The notes: generated by a model from the letters alone, not told the origin. Shown: positions 34,903 to 48,795, counted from the whole stretch's first letter. The stretch is 63,953 nt of DNA, filler included, from Folioceros fuciformis (GCA_049999805.1; 11 parts of 11 records of this genome joined end to end with filler, not necessarily neighbours in it), one strand, 5' to 3'. Numbers and translations are program-made.

Positions 34903-37719
34903 ACAGCTCTTATTCCTGTGCCCACTGTCCCACCAAAGCGTAGGCTACAGGACACACCGTGGCTCGTCGGCAGCCGGACATCCTCGTAGTGAGGCAGAAT
35001 TCCAGCACCTCGCGGCTTCGTTTGTTTGCTACGAGTTGCGTCCTGGAAGGCAGATGAGCGGCGGGAGGTCTTCCCAGACACCAAGTTGCTGGGTCCGCCA
35101 AAACTGATCGCTCTCGCCCTGATGGCCATCCCCTGACCCAATTCCCACCCTCTACCCAGCCATGGCTGATAGGAGCAAAGTTTGAGCTTGGCCCCACTGT
35201 GTCACGCGTTTCAATGAATCGGGTAACGGGGTGGTGGACCTAGCCACGACCCGCCTAGCCTAGGATGGGACGAAATTCCCAGGAAAAGGTCCTGCTGATC
35301 GTGGAGTTATGGAATGGACGTCATCCACACTCAAATTCGTGTGACATCGTACAAAGCATGTGCTTCACCATATCTATCCGGAACATTGGTACATACATGC
35401 CGCGCAAACGTGAGACGACAGAGCTACTTTTTGTGCAAACGTTGGGTCTGTAACCCAAGATTGCACAGGAAAACAGTATCGTTGCCCTGAAGTACATCGC
35501 ACATTCCACCTGAAAGAACGTTGTTGGGAACAGCAGCACAAGGAGAAGACCACGGCATTAGATTTAGTAGCTTGCAAACGGTGTGATACCTATTAAAGTA
35601 CTGCATTTGGAGCACCCTCTTAGAGTGTGGCAAATGCAAGCCTCCTGCCATGGCTTTTCCTTGTGCACGGGCTTGATTGTGGCTCCATACATACAGTCGA
35701 GCCGGGGCCCCGTCATGGGACACACATCACGTCATCCCAATCTAGCGCTCCAACCGACAGGCCATGGCGAAGCCGGCAGGACTGAGGAGGCAGCCTGCAG
35801 CAGGTGGTGGAGAAGGCCTGGTGGTGTACATCCCATGAGATCATCTTCCAATGCGAGGCAGCCGCCCTGAATGAGACAGGGGAAGAAGCATGACAGGGAC
35901 GTGCGTGGTGCCAAGTCTCACATCAGGCTCAATGAAAGTTAGGGTACCGTTGCTTTCATGCTCCAACTCCATCGCACTCGCCACTCACCCTCTGTCGCCC
36001 TGGAGACACCGAGCGATGATCCCATTTTGGAGTTGTGCATTGCATGACAGCAGTGGCGTGTGTCCAACATGGTCCCTCCAAGTCCGTACCAGTCCCCGGG
36101 CAAGCTGCTGCCCCCTTCCGCCAGTCCACCGTCGGCTCAGACTGCCCCTCAAACCATATACATACATATAACCCATATGGCCGGGGTACGTTGAGCAGCC
36201 AGAGTGGGAACCAGAAGTAGAAGGAAGCATCGAATTCCGCGCGAATCGACAGAGCTTCTGAGTCCTTGTACGCACGCGCAGGGGAGTGGGCCAGAGTGCA
36301 TGCCAGGACCAGGGTCAGGGTCAGGGCGAGGGTCAGGCCCTGGCTATGGTTGTGGATGTGGCCGTGGCCCTGGTACTCCCAACTCCCCCAGCTCCATCCC
36401 GTTGGGGATGGCGGGCGCGTACGGTGGCGCAGCGGCGAGGCGTCACGTCCGGAGGGCCGGCCCCGCAGCGCGGTGCAGTCATGATCGATTCCCTTTCTCT
36501 CCTCTTGCACTGATAGCCGGGGCCCGGCGCAACAGAGGTGATATGCCCTTTGCCTTTTCCGCGGCAAGGGGATCATGCCTCGAACTGCCTGTAAGCGCTC
36601 CTTCCCCTTCCCCACTCTCCCCCCTCTGTTGCTGATGCCGAGGATGCCACCGCCCCCGCGCACAGCCTGCCCGTCACACGCAACAAAGCTCGGGTGCGTG
36701 TAGACACCTGATTGGTGGCCTGGGAAGCGTGAGTCAGATCCGGGGCGGGCCGCTCTCTGGCACAGCAGGCCCGAGTGCAGCTCATCTGCTGCAGCACCAG
36801 CGGATACAGCAGCAGCCAGCGCGTCCCCTCCACGTCCACTGCGCAGGCACTCTCTGTTGCGTTGTGTTGTCTTGTGTTGTGTTGTCTTGTGTTGTTGCAG
36901 TGTGTGGGAGGAGTCTGCAAAACCCTCCCCCATACACATACATGATACGACGCCGGCGAGATACGGCTACGACCTGGCTGCCAGGCAGCCGCACGTATGT
37001 ACATACAAGGCACTGGATACATCCTCCAGATCAAGACCAGGGGCAGAGGCAGGGGCCGCGGCAGCGACCGGGTCCAGTAATGGCGAGCCGATCAGGTGAA
37101 TCTTCCGTAGCCCCCCGCAGCCACGGCCAGTGGCTGCTGCTGCGGATGCGACTGCAGCAGCTCTAGCTCATCAGAGGGCTGGCCCAGCTCGGGGTCGTTG
37201 GACTGGAGGGAAAAGGACGCCATGCGAATTGGCCGCGAAAAAACTAAGGGCACCGAGAAAGAGAAAAAATGAAAAAGCAGTGGCAGTTCCGGTCCGAACG
37301 GCAGCGGAGCGTCCTCACCTGACGCCGTCTCTTTCGCCGAGCCCGTCAGGTCAGGCCCAGCACGTCCGCATACATATGTATACTACTACACTCTTGTATG
37401 CACATGGACCATAAAATAAAAAGCAGGCGAGGCGAGGCTGTGTGTCACACCGACACGCCCCACCCTGCCGGTAACGAAAGGCAGCATCTGCTAACTGCCT
37501 CTACAAAACCGGGGGGTGAGCGGTAGGTATTGCGGTTGGGACTTGAAATGGCCGGCCCGCCATGGCAAGCTCCATGCGCCATGCTCCATGCCCCATGCCC
37601 ATTCCACCCGCCCCCATGCNNNNNNNNNNNNNNNNNNNNNNNNNNNNNNNNNNNNNNNNNNNNTTAATTAATTAANNNNNNNNNNNNNNNNNNNNNNNNN
37701 NNNNNNNNNNNNNNNNNNN

Positions 37720-39173
37720 GCTACCTGGGAGCGGGCGCATTCCCGCACTGTGACAATACGGTCTTGTTCCGGGTGGAAGCACATGCCGACTTTGCCCATA
37801 GGCTGAGGGTCCGTCACGGACGTCGGGAAATTGCCTTCCCAATCGAGACGTCCAAACAGGCCCTTCCATTGATTATGTCGGGCGGCAGTATTGGGAAGAC
37901 ACCACGGGATCAGATCCACCAAGGCTCCGGTTGACAGTTTCACCTGCGAAGTTCCAAGGATTTCCCTCGTTACGAAAATCTCTGGATGTGATTCACGTTA
38001 CTGTCTCTCCAGTTTGTCTGTCATCAATTCGTCATTGCGACAAAAACGCGTCCTTACCTTTTCCTCCGGCAGATCACGCCAATCCGCTCCTGGACGCTTG
38101 GGGATGCGTTTGCACCTGATGTGATTCAGCTCATTCATCTCTTTGCAGATGTGATCCTGGAGAACGTTCTGATCTCCTCGTACTTCTTTCTGGAACCATG
38201 ACTCCGGATTGTTTCCATACTGCACACCAACTAGGGTGTTAGATACAGAAGCACCTACACCAAAGACCAGATAGCAATCTAGTAGGCTACTAAAATTGGC
38301 CTATCCTCCGACCCAAGAAGGCGCGATCCCTTACCGCCATTTCCTCAAGTTTGGCACCATTGCTGACAGCAGGAAGGTCTCCGATGGTGTCCCGAACTGT
38401 GATTGATCTTAATGGAGCACCCAAAGCAGCGTCCTCTACAGCTGCATACTGCAAACCTCCTGGCAGTGAGATCTTCAACTGTGAGTTGCCGAACACATGC
38501 AATGGCTCCGGCCATTCCGGCAGTAGTTCCTCAGGAGAGGCTGCCCAAATAAAAGCTCGTTTTCGCGACTGAGGAACGCCATAGTTGCCCGCCTCAAGGA
38601 CACCAAACCTTACCTGCAACCACCGATTGGGCTCTAAACATCTAAATAGCTGGACAACCGAAGTACAAGGACATAAAATTGCGACGCCAGTTGAGTCACA
38701 ATACCTGATACCCCATCTCAAGAAGTGTCGCCAAAGTAAGACGGAAAGTTTGCCCCTTATTGAAGGATACAAAATTCCGCACGTTTTCCAGCAGGAAGTA
38801 CCGTGGTCGATAATAGTCAGCATACCCAAGAAACGCAAGTATCATCTCACATTGGATTTTGCTCCAAGCTCTGTTACTGAACCTATTCATTCCGGAGAAG
38901 CCCTGGATGGAGTCGTGGAAGCATGTGAAGCATCAGCGAACACCCTCAACTCTCAATGGCACCTTCACATCACAAGGACTCGTAAAGAAAAGTACCTGGC
39001 AAGGTGGTCCACCGTTAATGAAGTCAACTTCACCAGGCAGTGGTAACTTCTTTATGACGTCACTACTGAGCTGCTTGGACAATTCCGCAGCTTCAGGTGT
39101 GGAATTACAGTCATCGAGGTCACCACCCTTCTCCATAATTGATCTGCCAAAAGGACAACACATGAGATGGGGT
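37720..39173 (-). CDS. MET1: DNA (cytosine-5)-methyltransferase 1, internal multi-exon fragment of the catalytic domain
   Basis: [92 protein letters not shown], with GT-AG introns. Confidence 0.96.
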
Positions 39174-39273
39174 NNNNNNNNNNNNNNNNNNNNNNNNNNN
39201 NNNNNNNNNNNNNNNNNTTAATTAATTAANNNNNNNNNNNNNNNNNNNNNNNNNNNNNNNNNNNNNNNNNNNN

Positions 39274-40031
39274 TATATATATATATTAATCATAACCTTA
39301 ATCACTCTTACCACTAATTAGTACAAACTCAATAAGCTGGATTAGCACTAATTAATATCAACATTAATCATGCTTAACACCCTCCATCAGTCTCCACTCT
39401 CTCGTCTCCCTGGCGCCACCTTCCGCTCGGTACTGGCACGCTCCGCGTTGCCCCTGGTCCGCTCAGTAGCCACCGCACTTAGGCGCTGCCTGCACCCCGT
39501 TCACTTGTCTCCTCCTCGGATCCCGTCCACCACTTCCGCTCCTGCCGTGGTTGCGCTCCACTTCAAAATTACCCCTGGACTCCTCGAGTCCCTACTTGGA
39601 GTTTCTAGTTGCTCCCGCCGCTTCGATTCCACTATCCCGACGGGGTTCCGCTACCGGTTTTCCTCTCCACGATGGCGGTCCGCCTTCCTCAACCATTGCT
39701 GAGTCACAACTACCCCACTTTCCGGCCTAAGTCCACAGCTCTCTTCTCCCAGCGGGTTGCTCCTTATTCTCTAACTATAGAGGGGGGGGGGGGAGGGTCC
39801 TTATATAGGCTTCCTAGAGTTTATTCAAACATCGAGACCCAAGGACCAAGTAGCACCTGCCCCGATTTGATCCGTGGACCAATTATTGGTCTATCTTAAA
39901 ACTTCAAGACCTAAGGAGGTCTTGAACAAAAATACCCCGGCCTATTCCTAACTTAAGTCGCATTCGTATCCATCTCACCAAAAAACCAAAAAACCACCAA
40001 GTCTCGCCCTTGGCGAGGGGGTTTCTAAACA
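39274..40031 (-). mobile_element. LTR fragment inserted at the end of the methyltransferase-bearing element
   Basis: Minus strand starts TGTTTAGAAACC at 40031, contains a TATA-like CCTATATAAGG, and shows an abrupt compositional change against the flanking decayed ORF. Confidence 0.55.
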
Positions 40032-40071
40032 TTTTTTCGTCTACACCATCCTTACTTGCTTCACATAAACT

Positions 40072-41100
40072 TCAATTTGCTATTCTTGCATTCAAAATAA
40101 TTTTCCATTTCCGCTTCCATTCCTGATAAACTTTTATTGACATCATAAGCCTCTTAATGGTATTCAAATCCATAGCTTGCCCAAGCTTTTTATTCCTATG
40201 TTCGGATGTTATTCCCTCCATATAAGTGTTATTAGTATCAAAACCCATTGCCCTTTCTCTCTCCATGCATGACGGAACATCCCACATATTCTTTCTCGTA
40301 TCAAATATCATATCTGGTCCCTCTCCCTTAAATGAATTAGCCTTTTCAAAGTTGACAAATGTAAGAAACACCCTCATAAGCTCACCCTTTCTGTTTGCAC
40401 AATAAAAGCACTATCTATTATCGGAAGTCACTCGCCTACTTACTTACCCTTCATCTAAAATCTGACCAACTGTAAACTCCTCATTCCTCTGCCACTGATC
40501 TGCATGCCTTTGTAACAAATGCTTAAGCATCATGTTATTCTAGAAACATCGAAGTTTATGAGCTTTTGATCCAAATTGCATCATATCCAACTTTATAGGT
40601 TTCTCTAAATAATACTTGATTTCCCCAAAATCCTACCTCAGTAGAACCTTCCTATCCATTTTTGAGTCCACATTTTTAATTAAATACCCATATTTTATCT
40701 TTTGATAGTTTTGTATAAATTTTAAAACCCTTACTAGCTAATAAAATAACATAAATCTATAATCCAACAACTCCTTTCCTTTTCCTGACATTGAGTGACC
40801 CTGACCCTCCCAACCAATGATTATAAGATCAACTTCTTCTACCATCCTAAACTATGTTGACCCAACAAGCCTAACATCTTGTGGCTATGTAGAAAACAAT
40901 TGCTTCACAGCTTCCACTCTCAACTACTTTGGATACTTCTTACACAACTTAAACAATCTAGCCTTTGCAATTGCGTGACAAACTTCACCTAGATCACAAT
41001 AAATGTAGCGCTTAGCTACATTTATTGTGATCCAATCTACAAACCATATGCAATTCCAGCAATTAACTCAACCACGACCAATCCATATACAGATGAACTC
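40072..41100 (-). pseudogene. Retrotransposon-encoded C5 cytosine DNA methyltransferase domain, decayed
   Basis: Manual translation in motif order: I VVVELIAGIAYGL; II RYIYCD; III PQDVRLV; IV VDLIIIGWEGQGHSMSGKG..LLDYR; VI YGYLIKNV; VIII QFGSKAHKLRCF*NN; IX ERERAMGF; X LGQAMDLN. No introns, 8 stops, 1 frameshift. Confidence 0.85.
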
Positions 41101-41172
41101 AAAGTCACGAGTTTATTATAAATAGGTTCCAATTTATAGACTATCTGCTTTGTACAAGGTTGAACCTTATCA

Positions 41173-42720
41173 TCATACATCCACACCTCCTCTTTGCAAA
41201 AACAAAGCTTTTGTCCCTAGAATGACGTCAAAATTTCCACACTTAACAATCAAACACGTCATTCCAACTATAGTATCCTTCTCTATTCCAGGTTGAAAAC
41301 ACAACTGTAACTTTTCCTTTGTCTCCCCCATCACTGCCTCCAGACCCCCATTGGCCATTCGGATCTTCCATTTGGTCTCTTGAATATCCCCTCTTCTCTA
41401 CCCCATCGCATACTGGTCATACCAAAATGTATCAGAGGAGGTTGGGCTCCTGAATCAAACAATACTTTTGCTGGTGCAAAACCATCTATCAAGAAGTCTT
41501 GTTTGCTATTATCCAAAATGCGATTTCTGGCTTAACTTTCGCTTTGTGTTCATAACTTCTCTATTCATTTTCTACACAGAATGCCAGAGTTGTGTTCAAC
41601 GCATCACTTTCTTTAGGTAGAGATGCAGCCACTTCTTGTAAAAGTTCTTAGATTTTCACCATAGCTACTCCTGCTTTAATGCACAACTCCAACATGTTTC
41701 TAACACAAAACACCAGATCTCCTTGCAAGGCTTGTACCTTTCTACTTCCTTGCCTTTCTAACACCTCTTTTGTCCTTTCCTTTACCTTCATATTAAAGTT
41801 ATTCATATCCACGTCCATAACTTCAAATAACTATGGGTACTTCCATCCTGACACAGATGTCTCCACATGATCCTTGCCTTTGTCTCCATATCTCGTATTG
41901 ACTCGCCTTTACATGACCTCCACATTCACCACCATCTCAAAGCCCACCTCACACACAAATGCATCCATTTGCAGTTCTTTGTAGGCCTCTTTCTTCTCAA
42001 TCTTTCCTTTCTTCGTTTCCATTGTTTTAACCTCTTTGATCTTAACTCCATTTATCTAAATATTGGCAGCCTTTAGCCTATCTATCTTAGCTTTCAAATC
42101 CAATATATGCAGTTCTAGCAACTTGTGAGACATTTCCACACGACTATTAGTCGGCTCTCCACGTATCCCCACCAACCGACTACTTCCAGCTCTCTACACC
42201 TACCTAACATTCTTAACATTCTGTCCTTTTTGGCCAAACTTAGTACGTCTAAGGGACGGATGCTTCTACCAACAAATTCTTTCCAAGTGTCCTTTCTTCC
42301 TACAATGGTTACAACTTACATCCTTCTTAACCATGCACTCCATCATCACGTGCATGCTGCTCCCACATAATAATTATTTTATCCCCTTGTCTGACTCCAC
42401 GTTCATGACCAGTTTCATATATTTGTTATCCACACTAGAGGTATTTACTTGTTGTTGCCAACCACATGTCTCCATCTGGGCAAATAATTATGTATGGGTA
42501 CCACTACTGAGAATGAAACTCCTTTTCTATCAACCCCAACTTTTCTACCCATTCCCTTCAACGATGCTCTTACTTGTTCATGCTTTTCTGCAATTGGAAA
42601 ACCTTGGTCCAAAGTATATGTTTTTCCATACAACAATGTTAGCTCCCTAAAAACATCCTCCCTTATATCTTCATCCAAATTATAAATGTATTTGAAACAC
42701 ACTTTCATCTCATTATGCAT
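41173..42720 (-). mobile_element. Gag (CCHC knuckle) and aspartic protease of the same Gypsy-type element, decayed
   Basis: CNHCRKKGHLERIC (~42315-42270), AKVLFDSGAQP (~41470), MANGG..FDVILG. All on the same strand, directly upstream of the methyltransferase. Confidence 0.82.
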
Positions 42721-43459
42721 CCCTTATCCGTCACCAGTAAAACATAAGTGCTATGTCATCAGGTCATGAAGAATCCAATGTTTTATAATGTACTTCTCAA
42801 CTAGTATCCATTGAGGGGTGCGGCCAATCAATGTCATTGATGGAGCTCTCATAGACCAAAGCATGAAGAGTTCATATATTATAATATACTTCTCACCTAT
42901 TATCTATTAATGGCCACACCTGATACATTCAATTCCTCAAGACTTAGATTCAGAGGGAAAAGCCATGTTTTCAAGCTGAAGCCTATGGAGTATAAACCGA
43001 TGTAGAAGATGTATGCAATAAGCACCCAAGAAGGAAGGAAGCAATAAGCAAAGTGAAGCTCCAGTCACAAGCTGAAAATTGTTATGTCTTTCTTAATGCA
43101 AAGTAGAGTGTACACGAACTTTCGCGTAAGCATGACTCATAGTGAAAGTACTTGATTGCTTTTGAAGGGCATGACTCTCATTGATTAGGCAACAATACTC
43201 TTTTGAGAGTACTCGGTTCTTGAATACATGATTATGGCAACTAAGAGGGAGTAAATGAAATGATGGTTTAAATATAGTTTTATAATAATTATATTTGAAG
43301 TAACTATTTTAGCATGTATAAATAATTTTGGTGTGATAGTAAATAACTAATTTTCCTTTGTTTTTGCTTGCTTTCTTAGAGCGCGAGCATTTCTTTGCAT
43401 TAAACAAGAGCTAAGCACTCCACAATCTAAACGCTCAACTTTGATTGCACTCAACGTTC

Positions 43460-43990
43460 AAGACACAAGATTGGGTTGTAAGCAACCTACCATCCACTAA
43501 GGACTTCTATAACACTCAATTGTTATGACACAACATTGGGTTTTATGTAACCTACCATCCACTAACAACTCCTACAACACTCAACTATCATGACACAACA
43601 TTGGGCTTTCGGCAGCCTACCATCCACTAAAGACTCCTAGAGCACTCCATTGTCATCACACAACATTGGGCTTTAAGGTAAGTAGTCTACTATCTACATA
43701 CGACTCATAAACTACCTCCTCAAGATGCTCTCTTTATTCAAGAATACTTCCAATAAAGTCTTGTGCCATAACACTTGGTTCCAAGTAGCTTACCAATCAC
43801 TAACAACTTGCAATTCAAGGATACTTCCTATTAAGTTTGGTGATACAACATTGGGTTCTAAGTAGCTGGCTAACCACTAAGAAATCGCAAACTACCTCTT
43901 CAAGATGCTGCTCTTTATTCAAGAATACTTACTTATAGTTTGGTTCTTTATTTAAGAATACTTATTTATAGGTTGTTTTTTTATTCAAGA
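43460..43990. repeat. Degenerate ~59-bp tandem repeats grading into ttattcaagaatactt repeats
   Basis: Recurring cacaacattgggtt...ctaccatccactaa...acactcaa units. Confidence 0.75.
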
Positions 43991-44118
43991 ATATTTACTT
44001 ATAGTCTGGTTCTTTATGNNNNNNNNNNNNNNNNNNNNNNNNNNNNNNNNNNNNNNNNNNNNTTAATTAATTAANNNNNNNNNNNNNNNNNNNNNNNNNN
44101 NNNNNNNNNNNNNNNNNN

Positions 44119-44800
44119 GTGCAGGCGAAGTCAACCCGGGGGGTGCCCATGCTCGCGCACTGCGTCCACTTCCCCGTGGTGCAGTCCACCGAGAACACCT
44201 CCCTGCGCATCTCCACGTCCGTCTCCACGAAGCCGTTCTGGTTCGGGCTCCGGTGCGAGGGGTCAATCTGCTTCTTGCACAGCCGGCCCCCTATCACGTA
44301 CAATCGCTGGTCCGTGGACACGAAACCGAATCCTGTCACCCAACTCCGTCAGCCATGGCAAGCCCACTGAAATGAAACAATGCCTCTCTGCAAACCAGCG
44401 ACGGCTCACCTTTGAGGATCTCGCAGGGGCGGAGGCCTGGGATGGTGCCCATTGTGTGCCAGACGTTATTCTTGGGGTCGTACGCGGTCACCCAGACATT
44501 GTGCATCCAGGCCGGTAGGGGCGGGGAGGAGGGCGGGAGCGGAGCTTCACTCGGGCACCGGCGGCACAAGGAGAGGTAGATCCAGGTCTCCTGCAGGCCT
44601 AGCCGGCGACGGAGGCAGTAGAGCTCTCGCGATGCTAGCGCACGCCTCCAGGCCCGGCTGACGCACCTGAGGGTCGAATGGGACGATCTGGGGACGTGCG
44701 CCAGGCAGCGCAGCGCCAAAGCCGCGTCCTTCAATCCCGGTATAAGGCTGGTTGCCTCAGTCGGGTCCGGACTCTCCATTGACGCTCCTGCTGCGACCAT
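44119..44800 (-). CDS. F-box/kelch-repeat protein, 5' part (intron ~44336-44409)
   Basis: LIPGLKDAALALRCLAHVPR..LRCVSRAWR..RRRLGLQETWIY, AYDPKNNVW, LYVIGG, WTQCASMGTPRVDFAC. Confidence 0.88.
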
Positions 44801-45383
44801 CCCGTCTGCATCTGCTGGGATGGGACAGGATGGGATGAACTTGGGCTGGGAGAGAGCGGCGCAAAAAGGGAGCGGGCACGCTCGCCTAGTGGCTATCTCG
44901 GCTGCCCTGGTTACTTTGCTTCCATCGCTCCTTCCATGGGCGCACCAAGGTGCCATTTGTCGCTACAGATCCGCCTCACCTTGTCCGCCCAAACGGACAC
45001 ACCAACCACGGAACTGAAAAAAAGACAAATCGCACACTTCCAATCTTGCGAACAAATTACTCCATACACAGGTGTTTTGCGAAGGGGGAGTAGGGTGGTG
45101 CGACTGCATATTTCGTAAATGGCGCACACAAAAAAATGGCTAGACTGCCTAGGATTGAGACTACTGACACCAGCTACAGTCCATGGCAGCTCTTATGGGA
45201 GACTCCGTACGTCAGAACAACAGCTGCCTTTCCTCTCCACGTGCACTTGGCAAGGGGCCAACAAAAGCCTGAGGGAGAGAAGGCACCTGCTTCAGCCTCC
45301 AACCCTCTTTTCCAGCTTTGTGGACCCAGCTGTTATACAGAAACACCGTCACCTGCTTGGACAACGTCTTCGATAAGCTTGAG

Positions 45384-48300
45384 CTAACCGATCGTCGAGA
45401 CTACCGGTGCGTCTTCCACGGGGTTAGCAGCTGCCTTTGTTCTGCGAGTGACGGTCATGTGCAAGCCCTCTGAAGTGTGGATGGTGGCTCCTGTAGTCAT
45501 GCCAACCTGAAGCAAGAGGCGAAATAAGAAAATAACGAATCACTGACCTGATGACAACTATCACCAGAGAAGTATTACCAAGAGGAAGTCATCGCGATAC
45601 AAGTAAACCAAAGATATCACTTACTGCAGGGCCTCCGGGGGTTAGCTCAAACTGATACCGTCGGACGAGCATGGCAACGGCGGTGATGTTCTGCACGTTG
45701 TTGCCATGCATAGATGAGCAATGTTCCAGGACGGCAGGGTAAAAGACTGTCAATTCCACGCGTCATACCTCAAACGTTGCAAACGTATCACCGACACATT
45801 TACGAGGCCCCCCTCCGAAAGGCAAATACCTGCAAGCGATCAAATCTATGATGAACACAGTGGCAACACATTACCGGAATATTTCTTCGAAAGCAACTTC
45901 CAGATGATTACCGGAAGTTCTGGGTAACCTCAGTAGGATCAGGCCCATCCACTGCCCATCGTTCTGGCCGGAACTCATCAGGCTCATCCCAAAGACGCGG
46001 ATCGCGGTGCAAATTCCACACGGATAGGAAAATATCCTCCCCTCTGCACATACGAAGCACATATACCTCCAGTGAATAAAGAGAATTGGCTTCATGTACT
46101 AAATTCAGGGGCATTCGTGAGACACGTACGGTCCGATTGCATATTTGCCGAGCTCGTCGTTTTCGAGTGATCGTCTGATCAGCACAGGTGGTTGTGGGTA
46201 TAGCCGCATGGTCTGATGGTTGGGGTAAAACGGTTAGCAAATAAGACACTACAAAAGTCATGGCTCATCAGGTCGTACCTTCACGAGAAATAGCGGAGCG
46301 GTATGTTCGTGCATACCTCATTGATTACTCTGGTTGTATACTTCAGTGCTTTCATATCATCTATAGTTGGTAACCGGTCACCTAGCACAACATCCACCTG
46401 CAAGGAATGTTCTACTAAGCAAAACAGCCACCTTTCATCTGCGAATTTTTGACCTGCCAAAGCTATGAACTCACACACGAGCAGATGCAGCTACTAAATA
46501 GCGTTCATGTGCTTTACCTCTTCCTGCAGCTTCGCAGTCACGCTTGGGTTCTGTGGAACAGAAGATAAGAGTCAAACCCCTCCAAAGGAAAATCATAACT
46601 TACTTTGAAGGCAGCATGCATGAACGACTTTGTTACCTTTGCAAGAAGGTAGAACGTCCAAGTAAGAACAGCTGCAGATGTCTCATGCCCTGCTATCAGA
46701 AGTGTCATCAAGTCATCGCGCAACTGCTTGCTTGTAACCTGCTCCACAATTTCGGAGGCATTTCATTTAGCTAACTGCAGGGAGTCACTCTCATTTTCTG
46801 AAGGGCCTATAGGTCTGTACTAACATCATCACCAGATGCCACCAAAAAGTGCAGTATACTCGGATCACGTTCACTGATGAACTCCTCGTGAAAGCTCGCG
46901 TTCTCCTCATCAACGATTTTCTGTTACCATGTACGTTGGATTGAGAAGAAATCAGGGGTTAGAGGACAAGCACATCTGAAAATGACCTGTGTCCAGAAAA
47001 ACTGACTCAGCTGAACATGTACACACCTTACATCTGTCAATGAGAAAGTCCAGTGTTTCATTGATCAGCTTCAGGGAAGCTCGTACTTTCTGTTGGCGTG
47101 GTGAAAGAGCAGCGAGAGGAGGGATATTCCAGTAAGGAAACAAAGCTGTGCTCCGAAACTCTGATTCTCTTAATGCTACGTACACGGCCTGTGATGCGAA
47201 TTAGGAAAGGTTAGCTAACAGCCTGCAACTGAAAAGAGTGGGTTGCCACCGAATGTCATGTACCTCAACAATTCCCCTATCATTTGAAAGGGAGTCAAAC
47301 TCATAGTTGAACACCGCCTTGCCAATCACGTCCAGAGTGAGCCGGGAAAACAGTGACTCCATCTCCACATCCTCGCCTTTGGCAGCAGCAACATCAAGCT
47401 TCTTGCAAAGATTCTCGGTTGCAGCTGAAAAGTGGTCAATCATCTTGACCACAAACTGAAACAGACCTTGTCAATTGTCAAAGTTCGAACGGAGCAAAAG
47501 CACAGAGGAGTAACCAATCGGTAGGAGACACTAACAGTGCGTAGCCCGACTAACCTTCCTATGTAGAGATGGAACAATTACCCGCCTGCGCACTTTCCAT
47601 ACCTCGCCATCTGCAGGGATAAGACCTTGGCCCATGACGAATTCCAGAATTTCTGCGAGAATACCCTACAAAAGAGAAGCTGAACGTTAGTGTTCGAGGT
47701 CCACACCATGGAACCAGAACACGTCAACAGCAGGAACAACCCAACATGTCCTATCAGGAGTGTTGCATGAGGTCTGCCTGTTCTCCCACAACGAAAATGC
47801 CAAGTCACCTTGGAGTAAGCCTTGGAATTGTCCTTCAGCAGACGCTTCACGTTTTCTGGATCTGAAACAATAACGAATGACTGGACATTTGACCGAAGAA
47901 TCAGTGCGAGAGCACCAGAAAAATCAAGAGGACTTTCATCCCGAGTGAAAAATGTGAGATACGATGTGAATGGACGTATACTCGACAATCAGAGACCTAC
48001 CTTGAAGGGTCCAAAAGTCAGCCTGAACGGTGAGCCATAAGTCCTGAAGAGATTATACAGGGGGAAAAAAAAAGGTTGGCCCAGAATGCTGGTAACTTGG
48101 CCAGTTGTCTCGGGCATTTTCTTCGATGCCTCTCTTTCCCAGTCCCTCTCTAGCTCCGCCAAATATCTTGCCAGTGCACGTCCAGGAGGTCCTGCATTCG
48201 CCACCACAGACCGAAGACCCCGCAGGAAGACATACCTGCAATCAAAGGCCTGGTGAGCACTAGAGCTTCTAATCCCTCGTCGGCAGCTGCAAACCAGCGA

Positions 48301-48795
48301 AGGGCTCACCTGTCTCCATCAGTCCTGGTGAACTCCCCAGACAGAATCCGTTCATTGATCTCAGCCTGTCTCAGTGCCAACAGCTCTTGCTCCAGACTCT
48401 CAGCTGTTTGATTCTCCTCCGTGCTGCCGCCCTTCCTGCTATCCCCATTCCCAATGGCCGAGACAATCCAAAGTGATTTACACTTGTCTGCAACAGAAAC
48501 AGGAAGGTGGTGCAGTCAGCTGACATCCGCGATACTCTGCTTGTCAACCTCATACAAGCTGCAGCAGCAGGAAACAGAGAAGCGAGCACGGCCCCGACGT
48601 ACTTCTGGACACGGGAATTCGGGAGATTCTCAGGTCAAAATCCACCGCCCCAATGCTGAGCTGCTGCCCGAATCCCACCTGCTGCCTCCCAGACAGGATG
48701 GCGGCTGCTCTGCCACCGCCATTGTCGGTCAGGGACAGGCAGCTGGTGATCGCAGCTGCAGAAGGGCGGCACGCGGCGCTGGTTGCTGCAACCAT
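45384..48795 (-). CDS. CYP97A: Carotenoid beta-ring hydroxylase P450 (CYP97A / LUT5 type), multi-exon, with plastid transit-like N-terminus
   Basis: [100 protein letters not shown]. Confidence 0.93.

Noticed and set aside
35265-37619. Many overlapping ORFs up to 327 aa in a GC-rich region
   Set aside because: Low-complexity and microsatellite-driven ((TTGTG)n, CAGGGT repeats), with no recognisable domain or consistent exon structure.
37720-41100. Host MET1 lying next to a retrotransposon DNMT, suggesting gene capture or a methyltransferase cluster
   Set aside because: An artificial spacer (39174-39273) separates them, so they are different contigs. The motifs also differ (GGPPCQ with introns vs GWEGQ intronless).
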